From contig JBDNJA010000113.1 in assembly GCA_041688005.1 (NCBI GenBank), forward strand, positions 537-64,536: a DNA stretch of 64,000 nt, in the 5' to 3' direction. The position numbers and the translations under genes are program-made. Below the pieces are notes generated by a model. The model had not been told where the DNA came from. It did not search any database and worked only from the letters and a program-made list of their open reading frames with translations. The DNA is from Gammaproteobacteria bacterium (lineage in GTDB: Bacteria; Pseudomonadota; Gammaproteobacteria; GCA-001735895). Shown one piece after another: positions 38,142 through 48,846 of the stretch (its first letter is position 1; every line of letters starts with the position of its first letter).

Positions 38142-39295
38142 TGATGTCGAACGCAATACGGCCTGACGTAATACTGCCAGGCGCAAAACTGGGGTTGTTG
38201 GGTGGTGGTCAACTAGGTCGCATGTTTGTTAGTGCAGCCAGAACGATGGGTTATGAAGTGATCGTGCTTGATCCCGATGCGAATAGCCCCGCTGGTAGTA
38301 TGGCAAGCGAGCATTTGCAAGCCAGCTATGATGATCGCGAAACGCTGGACTATATGGCTAAATATTGCGCGGCTGTTAGTACAGAGTTTGAAAATATCCC
38401 CGCAGATACACTCGAATATCTTGCGAATTCGGTGCCGGTTCATCCTTCTGCCAGTGCCTTAAGAATCGCGCAAAATCGCTATAGCGAAAAAACCTTCTTC
38501 CAGTCCTTGGGGTTAAGTGTTACCGATTTTTTATCGATAGAATCTGAGGTTGATATCGAGCAGGCTAAGAACTTTAGTTTCCCTGCCATCTTAAAAACTA
38601 ATACCCTTGGGTACGACGGTAAAGGGCAGGTAGTTTGTCAAAACCACGATGAATTAGTGGAAGCATTTTCCCAGATTGGATCAATATCCTGCGTACTCGA
38701 AAAACGTATCGACCTGGCAAAGGAAGTCTCGGTTGTGTTATGTCGCAGCCAGGCAGGTGAGGTTGATTGTTTTCCATTGGCTGAAAATCAACATAGCAAT
38801 GGCATACTCGATATTTCTATTGCGCCCGCTAATTTGTCGCAGGAAATGGCAGCTGAAGTAACCGATGCGGCAACAAAAATAGCACATGGTTTAGGTTATT
38901 GTGGCGTCTTAGCAGTTGAATTTTTCATCTCATCAGACAACGAGGTCTTAATCAACGAAATGGCGCCGCGTCCACATAACTCCGGTCATTACACATTAGA
39001 TGCTTGCTTCACCTCTCAGTTCGAGCAGCAGGTGCGTATGATGTGCGGCCTTTCGGCTGGTGATAGTACGCTACACACGCCAGTCGCTATGTGGAATGTG
39101 TTAGGTGATATCTGGCCTGACGCGGCTTCACCGAATTGGGATGACTTGCTGCAACACGGTAAGGCAAAATTACATTTGTATGGAAAAGCCGAAGCTAGGG
39201 CAGGTCGAAAAATGGGGCATGTCAATTTTCTCGCCGATAGCACGCTTCAAGCGCTTGAATTACTCGCCCTCACTAAACAAAGCCTAGTCAGGTAG
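38141..39295 (+). CDS. purK: N5-carboxyaminoimidazole ribonucleotide synthase
   Basis: ATP-grasp protein with LGLLGGGQLGRM and ...EMAPRPHNSGH... Its start overlaps the purE stop (TAATGATG). Confidence 0.9.
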   Translation: MMSNAIRPDVILPGAKLGLLGGGQLGRMFVSAARTMGYEVIVLDPDANSPAGSMASEHLQASYDDRETLDYMAKYCAAVSTEFENIPADTLEYLANSVPVHPSASALRIAQNRYSEKTFFQSLGLSVTDFLSIESEVDIEQAKNFSFPAILKTNTLGYDGKGQVVCQNHDELVEAFSQIGSISCVLEKRIDLAKEVSVVLCRSQAGEVDCFPLAENQHSNGILDISIAPANLSQEMAAEVTDAATKIAHGLGYCGVLAVEFFISSDNEVLINEMAPRPHNSGHYTLDACFTSQFEQQVRMMCGLSAGDSTLHTPVAMWNVLGDIWPDAASPNWDDLLQHGKAKLHLYGKAEARAGRKMGHVNFLADSTLQALELLALTKQSLVR

Positions 39296-39351
39296 TCACC
39301 ACGAAAATCCTGCGGTTTAAAAAATAAGGGGGTAGAGACGCCCATTGGTCA

Positions 39352-39945
39352 TTACGCCTGTTTGATGCCCCTTGCAACAGTATATGTCTTACCCTGTTTT
39401 ATCTTTTCATAATGTCCGAAAACTTCGTTAAAGCCCCGTTTGAAAAATTGACGTAGCCCCGTGATGGTGACGATATAGAATGAACCGCCGGGTTTTAGAT
39501 ATTCGAGTGCGTCGAATAAATAGATATACAGCATTTCTTTGCCAACTTTAGCCGGAATATTGGAGACGATAATATCAAAACTTTGTTTTGGAATGTGAAC
39601 GAAGCCATTGCTTAGTAGGCAGCTGGCGTTATCAAGTTTATTCAAAATGCGATTTTTTTCAGAGTATTCAACCGCAATGAAATCTTTGTCGACCAACAGG
39701 GTATGACCATTAGGTGCCAGTTTGGCCATAGTTAAACCGAGAACACCGTAGCCGCAGCCCATATCAAGGCAATCATCAGCTGAACCTATATCCAGAAAGT
39801 CGAGCAGCATTTGAGAGCCGTTATCAATCGCGCGTGGCGAAAATAATCCCCAGGTGGTTTTAAATTTTAAAGCGTGTTTATTGCTGTCGCTAGGGATAGT
39901 TAAATCCTGTCGGATCGTTTGGTTGTAGCTTTTCAAATCGGTCAT
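39352..39945 (-). CDS. Class I SAM-dependent methyltransferase (RsmC/RsmD-like small methyltransferase domain)
   Basis: DMGCGYGVLGL motif I and ...IIVSNIPAKVG... motif IV variant. Confidence 0.7.
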   Translation of the reverse strand: MTDLKSYNQTIRQDLTIPSDSNKHALKFKTTWGLFSPRAIDNGSQMLLDFLDIGSADDCLDMGCGYGVLGLTMAKLAPNGHTLLVDKDFIAVEYSEKNRILNKLDNASCLLSNGFVHIPKQSFDIIVSNIPAKVGKEMLYIYLFDALEYLKPGGSFYIVTITGLRQFFKRGFNEVFGHYEKIKQGKTYTVARGIKQA

Positions 39946-40121
39946 ATTAGGTACTGTTCAGTGTTGGTTCAGCTGGGATTCATATCCTTTACATCAACGA
40001 GTGGCTTTGCCACAATGTATGGGATTTGTCGTCGCTATTATATATCGTTTTATTTAGGTGTTTTACTTTATCAGTATTATCTAATGGCATACCAAAATTT
40101 ACTACTACGGAGTTTAGGAAA

Positions 40122-40427
40122 ATGAAGTTTGTTGCAATAGTTGTTTGTTCCTTGTCAGTTTTGCTTAGCGGTGCGGCTTACGCCGACGTTGCTGCTGGTC
40201 AGTCGGCTTATGCCGCTAAAGGCTGCATTGGTTGTCATGGTGCAGGTGGGCAAAGTGTTGTACCGACTAACCCCGTATTGAAGGGGCGAGATGCTGCCTT
40301 TGTTATGAAAAACCTGATCGATTTCCGTAGTGGTGCTCGCCAAAACCCGACTATGAACGCGATGGCCGCTGGTTTGAGCGATGCTGATATTAAAAATTTG
40401 GCTGACTACATTGGAAGCCTGAAATAA
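40122..40427 (+). CDS. Small soluble class-I c-type cytochrome (about 101 aa precursor)
   Basis: Signal peptide MKFVAIVVCSLSVLLSGAAYA, haem motif CIGCHG and a distal Met (NPTMNAMA). I chose the start at ATG 40122, which has an AGGAA Shine-Dalgarno. Confidence 0.85.
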   Translation: MKFVAIVVCSLSVLLSGAAYADVAAGQSAYAAKGCIGCHGAGGQSVVPTNPVLKGRDAAFVMKNLIDFRSGARQNPTMNAMAAGLSDADIKNLADYIGSLK

Positions 40428-40447
40428 ATAATCGAGCAAAATGTTTT

Positions 40448-40472
40448 AAAAGCCGGCAATAGCCGACTTTTT
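40448..40472 (+). terminator. Rho-independent terminator after the cytochrome c gene
   Basis: AAAAGCCGGC-AATA-GCCGACTTTTT. The stem has one mismatch and is followed by a T run. Confidence 0.6.
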
Positions 40473-40555
40473 ATGTTCAGGATGAACGGTATGTCACGGG
40501 CGCATGGATGCGCAGGAGTGACGATGTTCAGGATGAACGGTATGTCACGGGCGCA
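40473..40555 (+). repeat. Two copies of a 32-bp direct repeat (ATGTTCAGGATGAACGGTATGTCACGGGCGCA) with a 51-bp period
   Basis: The copies at 40473-40504 and 40524-40555 are identical. Confidence 0.9.
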
Positions 40556-40558
40556 AAA

Positions 40559-40596
40559 CCGTAGGGTGCCAATAGCGAAGCGTATTGCACCGCATG
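40559..40596 (+). repeat. REP-type hairpin CCGTAGGGTGCCAATAGCGAAGCGTATTGCACCGCATG
   Basis: Same family as 29983-30019. Confidence 0.65.
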
Positions 40597-40740
40597 TCTC
40601 AAAATGCTCACCAACCTTAAGATAAACGCCTTTACTAGCCCCCATTTTTGCGAGTTTTGCCTGACAATTGAGGGGTGTTCTGTCTTCGGTAGTTTGGCAT
40701 GAATGCATATTGCTTTAAGGTTGAATCTGCCGCTTGCGTT

Positions 40741-40780
40741 CATTCGGCGCAATACGCTTTGCGCTATTGACACCCTACGG
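40741..40780 (-). repeat. REP-type hairpin, inverted copy (reverse complement CCGTAGGGTGTCAATAGCGCAAAGCGTATTGCGCCGAATG)
   Basis: It forms an inverted pair with 40559-40596, about 145 bp apart (REPIN/BIME-like arrangement). Confidence 0.65.
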
Positions 40781-41029
40781 TATTACGGTATCAATTCGTT
40801 TTTAGTTGGGGCGTAGCAAAAAGAAAAGTTACTGGATACCAATGCCCTTCGTCGTCGACATGACGATAAGCTGAGGTTCATGCGGTTATGCGTTGATCAT
40901 AAGTCCATGTGACACTTGGCGTGGTAGAGCAGAGTCATGAAAACTAATCCCAGCAGCCAACGCTCACAGAGCTGAAATCGCCATTAAAATCGTGTACATT
41001 GCGGGTCAAATTGACGCCTCGGAATACTT

Positions 41030-41731
41030 ATGCCAGATTTCCTAAAGACAGACTTCCAAATTGCACCTTCGATATTAGCCGCAGACTTCGCTCGCTTAGG
41101 AGAGGAAGTCGATAATGTACTTGCCTCTGGCGCTGATATTGTCCATTTTGATGTGATGGATAATCACTATGTGCCAAACCTGACTATCGGCCCGATGGTT
41201 TGCGATGCATTGCGCAATCACGGCGTTACCGCGCCGATTGATGTGCATTTGATGGTAAAGCCTGTTGATCGGATCATTCCTGATTTTGCCAAAGCAGGTG
41301 CCAGTTATATTACCTTTCACCCGGAAGCCTCCGATCATGTTGATCGTAGTCTTGGTTTGGTTCGTGACAGTGGCTGTAAAGCTGGGTTAGTTTTTAATCC
41401 GGCAACGCCGCTCTCTTATCTTGAATATGTGATGGATAAAGTCGATATGATTTTGTTGATGTCAGTTAACCCTGGCTTTGGAGGGCAGAGTTTCATTCCT
41501 GCCACGCTGGATAAATTGAAGCAGGTTCGCAGTCTGATTGATCAGTCAGGACACAATATTCGACTTGAAGTCGATGGTGGTGTTAAGGCGAACAATATTC
41601 AATCGATTGCCGAAGCGGGTGCAGATACTTTCGTACTTGGTTCGGGAATTTTTGGCCATGCACAACAAAGCGATGCCAATCGATACGATAGTATCATCGC
41701 CGAAGTGAGAGCAGCGCTAGCGAATAGTTAG
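41030..41731 (+). CDS. rpe: Ribulose-phosphate 3-epimerase
   Basis: ...[17 protein letters not shown]...[19 protein letters not shown]... Confidence 0.95.
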   Translation: MPDFLKTDFQIAPSILAADFARLGEEVDNVLASGADIVHFDVMDNHYVPNLTIGPMVCDALRNHGVTAPIDVHLMVKPVDRIIPDFAKAGASYITFHPEASDHVDRSLGLVRDSGCKAGLVFNPATPLSYLEYVMDKVDMILLMSVNPGFGGQSFIPATLDKLKQVRSLIDQSGHNIRLEVDGGVKANNIQSIAEAGADTFVLGSGIFGHAQQSDANRYDSIIAEVRAALANS

Positions 41732-41752
41732 TCTAGAGTTGGATTAGTCGTG

Positions 41753-42424
41753 ATGAGTTTGTTCCAAAATCGAAAAGTGGTATTGATCGACCTGGACGGC
41801 ACGTTGGTTGATAGCGTGCCAGACCTGGCCTACGGCATCGACCAAATGATGCTGCAATTGTCGATGCCGGTCCGAGGCATTGATGCCGTCACCGAATGGG
41901 TTGGTAATGGAGTCGAGCACCTGGTCAAGCGAGCGTTAGTCAATTCTATGATGGGCGATCCGAGCGAAGCTTTATTTCAAAAAGCACTGCCTCTGTTCGA
42001 GGTGGCTTATGCGGCTAACAATGGTAAGCACAGTTACCTGTATGACGGTGTTGAAATGGGCTTGAACTATCTACAACAGCAGGGATATCGGCTCGGTTGC
42101 GTAACCAATAAACCCATTGCATTCACCCAGCCTTTGCTGGCGGCGATGGGCATCGCCGATTTCTTTGATGTCACCATCGGTGGCGATCAGGTCGCAAGAA
42201 GAAAGCCAGACCCGCAACCACTCTTAATGGCAGCCGAAAAATTGCGGGTCGATCCAAAACAGGCGGTTATGTTGGGAGATTCCGTCAGCGACGTTATGGC
42301 TGCTCGCGGCGCAGGTATGCCAATTATCTGTGTCAGTTATGGCTATAACCACGGGCAAGATATTCGTAGCCATCATCCTGATGCTGTGATAAATTCTTTG
42401 GCCGAACTCAAAACACTGATCTAA
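41753..42424 (+). CDS. gph: Phosphoglycolate phosphatase (HAD family)
   Basis: DLDGTLVDS motif I, ...VTNKP... and ...MLGDSVSDVMAARGAG..., plus conserved rpe-gph linkage. Confidence 0.85.
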   Translation: MSLFQNRKVVLIDLDGTLVDSVPDLAYGIDQMMLQLSMPVRGIDAVTEWVGNGVEHLVKRALVNSMMGDPSEALFQKALPLFEVAYAANNGKHSYLYDGVEMGLNYLQQQGYRLGCVTNKPIAFTQPLLAAMGIADFFDVTIGGDQVARRKPDPQPLLMAAEKLRVDPKQAVMLGDSVSDVMAARGAGMPIICVSYGYNHGQDIRSHHPDAVINSLAELKTLI

Positions 42425-42426
42425 CT

Positions 42427-42480
42427 ATGAGCCAGCAAGGTCAATACAGCAAGGTCCACAACATCCCCTGGCAATGGTGA
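42427..42480 (+). promoter_or_regulatory. Candidate trp leader peptide ORF (17 codons, MSQQGQYSKVHNIPWQW*)
   Basis: Two Trp codons fall in the last three sense codons, 67 nt upstream of trpE. I could not find a convincing downstream terminator hairpin. Confidence 0.4.
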
Positions 42481-42547
42481 TTCGTTACAGTTACACCCCT
42501 GTACTTTCGATCATTTTATCCTTGTTTCCGTATTTTGAGTTATTGCC

Positions 42548-44086
42548 ATGAATTCCACACAGTTCGACCAAATTAAGCACGATTACAATCGCATACCATT
42601 GGTGAGAGAAGTCCTCGCCGACCTGGACACACCACTAGGCACCTATCTTAAACTGGCTGACGAGCCATATTCCTATTTATTCGAATCCGTTCAGGGTGGC
42701 GAAAAATGGGGGCGATATTCGATTATTGGGCTGGCTTGTCATACCCGGCTAAAGGTCTTCGGTCATCGAGTGTCAGTCGAGATAGGTGGGAAGATAGTGG
42801 ATGAAGAAGAAACCAGCGACCCACTGCAATATATCGAAGATTTCATCAATACTTTTAAGGTTGCTGAAACCGACTTCTTACCCAAGTTCCATGGTGGGCT
42901 AGTGGGATATTTTGGTTATGACACGGTGCGCTATGTCGAGCCAAAACTGAAGCAATGTCCTAATCCAGATAAACACGATACGCCCGATATTTTGCTTATG
43001 CTGAGTGAAGACCTAGTCGTTTTTGATAATTTGTCGTCCAGGATGTTTGTGATCGTACATGTCGATCCAGCGTTAGACAATGCCTGGGCTGGCGGCCAGC
43101 AACGACTCGATGATTTAGAGTCCAAGTTAATCAATGTACGCCTCGATCGCTCTCCCAGCAGTGTCAACCAAGCGGTGTCTGAAAGTGACTTCCAGTCTGA
43201 ATTCACTCAGCAGGGATATCAGGACGCAGTAGCAAAGGCGCGCCAATATATTATCGATGGCGATGCGATGCAGATTGTTTTATCGCAACGAATGTCGATT
43301 CCATTTAAAGCCAAGCCGATTGATCTTTACCGCGCATTACGCAGCTTGAATCCCTCTCCTTATATGTATTATCTAAATTTGGATGATCATTTTGTGGTCG
43401 GTTCTTCACCCGAAATTTTGGTGCGCCTCGAAGATGATAGCGTCACCGTCAGGCCAATCGCTGGTACTCGCCCGCGAGGCAAGGATAACGATCATGACCT
43501 AGCTTTAGAAAAAGAATTGTTAGCTGACCCAAAGGAGCTGGCCGAGCACTTGATGTTGATCGACCTCGGTCGAAATGACGCCGGGCGTGTGAGTCAAACA
43601 GGCAGCGTAATACTGACAGAAAAAATGATTGTCGAACGGTATTCGCATGTGATGCATATTGTTTCCAACGTCGAAGGAAAGTTAAAGCCAGATATGTCGG
43701 CGATGGATGTATTACGCGCCACTTTTCCGGCAGGCACGGTGTCCGGCGCACCTAAAATTCGAGCGATGGAAATCATCGATGAGCTGGAGGCAGTGAAGCG
43801 TGGTATTTATTCCGGTGCGGTTGGTTATCTTTCCTGGAGCGGTAATATGGATACCGCAATCGCGATTCGTACGGCCGTGATTAAAGACGAAACGCTTTAC
43901 ATTCAGGCGGGTGCCGGAATTGTCTACGACTCTGTCCCTGAAAATGAATGGGCCGAGACTATGAATAAAGGACGGGCTATCTTTCGAGCAGTAGCATTGG
44001 CTGAAGCTGGTTTGTCTACCAACTTATCTATAAACGCACCCACTAAGAATGATGGTGAAGCTACAGATCAAGAGGCAGCATCATGA
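42548..44086 (+). CDS. trpE: Anthranilate synthase component I
   Basis: ...[15 protein letters not shown]... and ...[29 protein letters not shown]... Confidence 0.95.
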   Translation: MNSTQFDQIKHDYNRIPLVREVLADLDTPLGTYLKLADEPYSYLFESVQGGEKWGRYSIIGLACHTRLKVFGHRVSVEIGGKIVDEEETSDPLQYIEDFINTFKVAETDFLPKFHGGLVGYFGYDTVRYVEPKLKQCPNPDKHDTPDILLMLSEDLVVFDNLSSRMFVIVHVDPALDNAWAGGQQRLDDLESKLINVRLDRSPSSVNQAVSESDFQSEFTQQGYQDAVAKARQYIIDGDAMQIVLSQRMSIPFKAKPIDLYRALRSLNPSPYMYYLNLDDHFVVGSSPEILVRLEDDSVTVRPIAGTRPRGKDNDHDLALEKELLADPKELAEHLMLIDLGRNDAGRVSQTGSVILTEKMIVERYSHVMHIVSNVEGKLKPDMSAMDVLRATFPAGTVSGAPKIRAMEIIDELEAVKRGIYSGAVGYLSWSGNMDTAIAIRTAVIKDETLYIQAGAGIVYDSVPENEWAETMNKGRAIFRAVALAEAGLSTNLSINAPTKNDGEATDQEAAS

Positions 44087-44676
44087 AAGTACTAATGATC
44101 GATAATTATGATTCCTTTACCTATAACCTGGTGCAATATTTGGGTGAGCTCGGCGCCGAAGTCGAGGTCGTCCGAAATGATCAGATGAGCGTTGAGCAAG
44201 TTATCAATAGTGATGCAACTCATATCATGATATCACCTGGCCCCTGCACACCCAATGAAGCAGGCATTTCGATGGATGCGATTAAAGCTCTGGCTGGTGT
44301 TAAACCTATGCTCGGCGTATGCCTCGGGCATCAGAGTATTGGTCAGGTTTATGGCGGTGATATTGTTCATGCCAAACAAATTATGCATGGTAAAACATCG
44401 ATGATAAAACATACTGATCAAGGTGTTTTTAATGGTCTTTCTAATCCATTCGAAGCAACACGATACCACTCATTAGTGATCGATAAAAACAGCCTGCCTG
44501 ATTGTCTCGAGTTAACCGCCTGGACTGAAAATGAAGATGGCAGTATCGATGAAATAATGGGGGTCAGACATAAGGTCCTGGCTATCGAAGGAGTGCAGTT
44601 TCATCCTGAATCGATATTGACTGAACATGGTCACGATATGTTGCGTAACTTTTTAAATATGCAATGCTGTCAATGA
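44083..44676 (+). CDS. trpG: Anthranilate synthase component II (glutamine amidotransferase)
   Basis: ...[12 protein letters not shown]...GVCLGHQ...HPES... It overlaps the trpE stop by 4 nt (ATGA). Confidence 0.95.
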   Translation: MKVLMIDNYDSFTYNLVQYLGELGAEVEVVRNDQMSVEQVINSDATHIMISPGPCTPNEAGISMDAIKALAGVKPMLGVCLGHQSIGQVYGGDIVHAKQIMHGKTSMIKHTDQGVFNGLSNPFEATRYHSLVIDKNSLPDCLELTAWTENEDGSIDEIMGVRHKVLAIEGVQFHPESILTEHGHDMLRNFLNMQCCQ

Positions 44677-44683
44677 GGAAGTG

Positions 44684-45703
44684 ATGAATATTCAAGCAGC
44701 TATTAAGTCGGCTATTGCCCGTCAGGATCTTAGTAAGCAGGACATGACAGCGGTCATGAATCAAATTATGACCGGTGAATGTACGCCTGCACAAACTGGT
44801 GGGTTCCTGGTCGGCATGCGAATGAAAGGCGAGACTGTCGACGAGATTACAGCCGCCGCCACGGTGATGCGCGAACTATCAACACGAGTGAAGGTCGATG
44901 TCGATCATCTGGTTGATACCTGCGGCACTGGGGGCGATGCCTCTGGCAGTTTTAATATATCGACCGCGAGTGCAATCGTCACTGCTGCTGCTGGCGCGCA
45001 TGTGGCAAAACATGGTAATCGATCGGTATCGGGTGCTACTGGCAGTGCGGATGTGCTCGAAGCTGCTGGTGTAAATCTGAATATTACGCCAGAACAGGTT
45101 GCTGACTGTATTAGTCAGGTCGGCGTGGGGTTCATGTTTGCGCAAAAGCATCATAGTGCGATGCGCCATGCCATTGGGCCACGAAAAGAGATGGCTGTCA
45201 GAACAATTTTTAATGTACTAGGGCCGCTGACCAATCCAGCCAGTGCACCGAATCAAGTGATTGGCGTGTTTGACAAAGCGTTAGTCGAGCCAATTGCACG
45301 TGTGTTAGCACAGCTGGGAAGTCGTCATGTGATGGTTGCTCATTCGGAAGATGGCATGGATGAGGTCAGTGTCTCCGCAGTCACCCATATCGCTGAACTT
45401 AAAGATGGTGAAGTTAAAACCTATAGCGTGTCGCCTTCTGACCTTGGGCTACAAATGTCTGACATAGCGTCACTCAAAGTAGACACGGTGGCGCAAAGCC
45501 TGGATGTTATTCAGTCGGTGCTGGCCAATACCTCGGGCCCGGCGCGAGATATTGTTTGCGTTAATGCGGGTGCTGCGATTTATGTGTCTGGTATAGCTGA
45601 TAGTTGGCAAGCAGGTGTGCAAATGGCGCAAAGCGTTATTGCTGATGGTAAGGCTGCCGACATCCTGAAAAATCTGGTGGAAAAATCGAATAGTTATGAG
45701 TAG
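44684..45703 (+). CDS. trpD: Anthranilate phosphoribosyltransferase
   Basis: ...[18 protein letters not shown]...[17 protein letters not shown]... Confidence 0.95.
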   Translation: MNIQAAIKSAIARQDLSKQDMTAVMNQIMTGECTPAQTGGFLVGMRMKGETVDEITAAATVMRELSTRVKVDVDHLVDTCGTGGDASGSFNISTASAIVTAAAGAHVAKHGNRSVSGATGSADVLEAAGVNLNITPEQVADCISQVGVGFMFAQKHHSAMRHAIGPRKEMAVRTIFNVLGPLTNPASAPNQVIGVFDKALVEPIARVLAQLGSRHVMVAHSEDGMDEVSVSAVTHIAELKDGEVKTYSVSPSDLGLQMSDIASLKVDTVAQSLDVIQSVLANTSGPARDIVCVNAGAAIYVSGIADSWQAGVQMAQSVIADGKAADILKNLVEKSNSYE

Positions 45704-46514
45704 CCCAGTCCCCAATATACTGTTAAAGATACTGGCGCGTAAGACAGTTGAAATTGCAGCCCGCAAGCATTTGGTTGCTACCAGTCAATTGCAAGCGGCG
45801 CTAGGCTCGGCATCCGCACCATCCCCACCTCGGGGTTTTATTCAATCACTGCGCAATAAAAATGAGCAGGGCTTATCGGCTGTCATTGCTGAAGTTAAAA
45901 AAGCATCACCAAGCCAGGGTGTTATACGAGAGAATTTTAACCCGGTCGAAATTGCGCAATCTTATGCGAATGGCGGAGCCGCCTGTTTATCTGTGCTGAC
46001 CGATGTTGATTTTTTTCAAGGGCATGATGACTATCTGGTCGCCGCCCGAAATGCGTGTTCATTGCCTGTCATACGAAAAGATTTCATCATCGACGAATAT
46101 CAAATAGTTGAAGCCAGAACACTAGGTGCCGATTGTATTTTGCTCATCGTAGCCGCATTGGATGACAAGGTACTGAATCATCTGTATCAAGTTGCCAATG
46201 ACCTGGGAATGGACGTGCTGGTCGAAGTGCATGATCGGCAAGAGTTAGATCGCGCCATGAAGCTCGGCCTGTCACTAGTCGGTATTAATAATCGAAATTT
46301 GCGAACATTTGAAACCAGCTTATCGACAACAATTGATCTGCTCGATCAAATACCGGACGACTGTACCGTAGTAACCGAAAGCGGCATTCATACCAGCGCT
46401 GACGTAAAGCTCATGCGTGATCATAATGTGAATTCATTTTTGGTTGGCGAAGCGTTCATGCGTGCTGAACAACCAGGAGACGCGTTGCGCTCGTTATTCT
46501 TTAGTTCTAAATAG
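45696..46514 (+). CDS. trpC: Indole-3-glycerol-phosphate synthase
   Basis: ...[13 protein letters not shown]...LSVLTD..FFQG...IRKDFI...GINNRNL.TF... Confidence 0.95.
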   Translation: MSSPVPNILLKILARKTVEIAARKHLVATSQLQAALGSASAPSPPRGFIQSLRNKNEQGLSAVIAEVKKASPSQGVIRENFNPVEIAQSYANGGAACLSVLTDVDFFQGHDDYLVAARNACSLPVIRKDFIIDEYQIVEARTLGADCILLIVAALDDKVLNHLYQVANDLGMDVLVEVHDRQELDRAMKLGLSLVGINNRNLRTFETSLSTTIDLLDQIPDDCTVVTESGIHTSADVKLMRDHNVNSFLVGEAFMRAEQPGDALRSLFFSSK

Positions 46515-46528
46515 TCAGTTCTAAATAA

Positions 46529-46900
46529 TCAACTCTGAATAACGATAGCCACAACATCGCGATCCTCTGCGACCAAAATATTGAATGTTCGACATAACGC
46601 ACCGGTATTCATCACTTCAAGGCCAATGCCTTTTTCACCTAGCAATCCAAAAATTCTGGGTTCTGGAAAAATCTGTTTTTCACCAGTGCCGAGTAATACC
46701 ACATCGGGATTTAAGTCGAGAACGCTTTGCAACGTGTGTTCGTTCAGATCATCAACGGAGTTGATTGGAGAAGGGGTGATCAATACTTCAGGCGACAGGA
46801 TCAGGCTTTGCTGATACTGCTTTTCGTTGACCGTAATATCGTTCGATGTGTAAGCCGAAATACTGTAACGGCTGGTGATTCTGTCTTCGGCTAGGGGCAT
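46529..46900 (-). CDS. Mth938-like (DUF498, NDUFAF3-like) domain protein
   Basis: Size and pattern ...VVLLGTGEKQIFP...GIGLEVMNTGALCRTFNILVAEDR.V... Confidence 0.7.
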   Translation of the reverse strand: MPLAEDRITSRYSISAYTSNDITVNEKQYQQSLILSPEVLITPSPINSVDDLNEHTLQSVLDLNPDVVLLGTGEKQIFPEPRIFGLLGEKGIGLEVMNTGALCRTFNILVAEDRDVVAIVIQS

Positions 46901-47011
46901 GTGCGCATCATAATCGAAACTAGGTTGGTGATCAAATCAGGTATTGTTAGCTGAAGCAACTTTGCTAACCACCCCAATGAACGAGGCGGTAAGTGTGGTT
47001 ACTGATGAAGG

Positions 47012-47659
47012 CTAGCGAGTACCAAATACCACAATAGTTTTACCATGAGCCGTAATCAGGCCATCCACTTCAAGCGTCTTCATCACACGTCCTGCCATTT
47101 CGCGAGAGCAGCCTGCTATTTTGGCAATTTCCTGGCGTGTAATTTTAATTTGCATACCATCAGGATGGGTGATTGCATCGGGTTCGCGGGCAAGATCTAG
47201 TAGCGTTCTGGCAACTCGGCCTGTGACATCCATAAATGCAAGGTTGCTTACTTTACGGCTAGTGTTACGTAAACGACTGGCTAGCTGAGACGATAGCTGG
47301 AAAAGAATTCCCGGTGTTTCTTTCGCCAGTGTCATGAACTGGTTGTAGTGAATTTCAGCAACTTCGCAAGGGGTTCGAGTGTTCACCCAGGCGCTACGTT
47401 TTGTGTCTTCTTCGAATAAACCCATCTCACCAAAAAAGTCCCCCGGGTTGAGATAAGCCAAGATGATTTCGTTGCAATCCTCGTCTTCGATGACTACGCT
47501 AACCGAGCCCTCGGTGATATAGTAAAGCGTATCGGAATCGTCACCTGCGTGGATGATCGTGCTTCGAGCGGCGTACTTTTTGACATGACAGTGACCTAAA
47601 AAGCTTTCGAGTGCAGGGTTTTGACGAGGTGATACTTTAACAATGGGATTAACAATCAT
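47012..47659 (-). CDS. crp: cAMP receptor protein (Crp/Vfr)
   Basis: It is near-colinear with P. aeruginosa Vfr as I recall it (...[54 protein letters not shown]......KTIVVFGTR). The start is set at the internal ATG, giving 215 aa. Confidence 0.9.
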   Translation of the reverse strand: MIVNPIVKVSPRQNPALESFLGHCHVKKYAARSTIIHAGDDSDTLYYITEGSVSVVIEDEDCNEIILAYLNPGDFFGEMGLFEEDTKRSAWVNTRTPCEVAEIHYNQFMTLAKETPGILFQLSSQLASRLRNTSRKVSNLAFMDVTGRVARTLLDLAREPDAITHPDGMQIKITRQEIAKIAGCSREMAGRVMKTLEVDGLITAHGKTIVVFGTR

Positions 47660-47739
47660 GTTCCATCTGACTATTGTAGTTACTAGTCCGCTTAAACTAA
47701 CACAAATTAAGTAGTGCAATATTAATTGAGTGAAAAATT

Positions 47740-48159
47740 ATGAGATGCAGGGTTAAGTGGCTGGATAATATGACATTTGTTGGCGAGTCCGGCAGTGGTC
47801 ACGCAGTAGTGATGGACGGTGCTCCGGAGCATGGTGGGCGTGACATGGGTGTTCGCCCAATGGAAATGTTATTGCTAGGATTAGGCGGTTGTACGGCTTT
47901 TGATGTTGTGATGATATTAAATAAATCGAGGCAGAAGTTTGTCGATTGTCATGTCGAAATTGAAGCCGAGCGCGCCGAAGAGGTGCCCAAAGTATTCACT
48001 CGTATCCATGCCCATTTTGTTGTCAGTGGCAAAGATCTTAATCCTGCTAAAGTGAAAAAAGCAGTTAATTTATCGGCAGAAAAATATTGCTCAGCTTCAA
48101 AGATGTTCGAAACTACGGTGCAAATGACACACGATTTTGAAATTGTCGAAGTCGACTAA
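47740..48159 (+). CDS. OsmC-family protein (YhfA-like), divergent from crp
   Basis: OsmC fold pattern ...LLGLGGCTAFDV... and ...SAEKYCSASKM... A crp neighbour is conserved in E. coli (yhfA) and Pseudomonas. Confidence 0.8.
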   Translation: MRCRVKWLDNMTFVGESGSGHAVVMDGAPEHGGRDMGVRPMEMLLLGLGGCTAFDVVMILNKSRQKFVDCHVEIEAERAEEVPKVFTRIHAHFVVSGKDLNPAKVKKAVNLSAEKYCSASKMFETTVQMTHDFEIVEVD

Positions 48160-48204
48160 AGTGCTTCTCCGAAAACGCCGGCTCTAGCTGACTTTAGATG
48201 CCTT

Positions 48205-48846
48205 TTAAGTTCGATAGGCCGCGAAGGTCATAACCCTGCTTGTCAGTGTCATGGCTCGTCTGATGACGCTAGGAAGTTCGGCTGCACCGGCCTCGTGGGC
48301 GTTAATCGCATGCCTCATTTCGTCGGCGTGCATCGTTTCGAGAACAGCCTTGCTGCGCAGGTCTTGCTCGGGTAGTTTTTGCAGATGGCTTTCGAGGTGT
48401 TCGCAGACCTGTTTTTCAGTCTCTTCGACAAAGCCTAAACTCCATTTGTCGCCAATAGCACCGGCGACCGAGCCAATTGCAAATGAGCCTAAATACCAAA
48501 GCCCGTCGAGCTTACTGCGACTTTCACCCAGTTCTGACAGGCGCTGCTGGCACCAGTTGAGGTGCTCGTTTTCTTCTTCGGCAGCGGTTCGCATGGCCTC
48601 ACTCGTTATTGGGTCGTGGGCACTAAAAGCCTGGCCGCGGTATAGTCCCTGTGCAGCCACTTCACCCGCATTGTTAACCCGCATTAATCCGGCTGCATGC
48701 TTTTGTTCGCTGTCTGATAGTGGTGTGTTTTCAATTGCCGAGCCAGGATAAGGTCTGGCATCGGTAAAAGGACGCAGCTGGCAAGTTTTTAAGCCATGTT
48801 GGAGCTCACCAATCAGGGTGTCGAACAAATTCAGTTTTTGTAGCAT
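48205..48846 (-). CDS. coq7: Demethoxyubiquinone hydroxylase (di-iron carboxylate, Coq7 family)
   Basis: Repeated E..H di-iron motifs (EEENEHL, HADEMRH) and ...MRVNNAGEVAAQGLY... Confidence 0.9.
   Translation of the reverse strand: MLQKLNLFDTLIGELQHGLKTCQLRPFTDARPYPGSAIENTPLSDSEQKHAAGLMRVNNAGEVAAQGLYRGQAFSAHDPITSEAMRTAAEEENEHLNWCQQRLSELGESRSKLDGLWYLGSFAIGSVAGAIGDKWSLGFVEETEKQVCEHLESHLQKLPEQDLRSKAVLETMHADEMRHAINAHEAGAAELPSVIRRAMTLTSRVMTFAAYRT

Noticed and set aside
40473-40555. Considered as a CRISPR-like or minisatellite array.
   Set aside because: There are only two repeat copies with a 19-bp spacer, no cas genes, and the block is embedded among REP elements.
44083-44086. Checked the trpE-trpG junction for an inserted island, because P. 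aeruginosa carries the pyocin cluster between these genes.
   Set aside because: trpE and trpG overlap by 4 nt here, so nothing is inserted.
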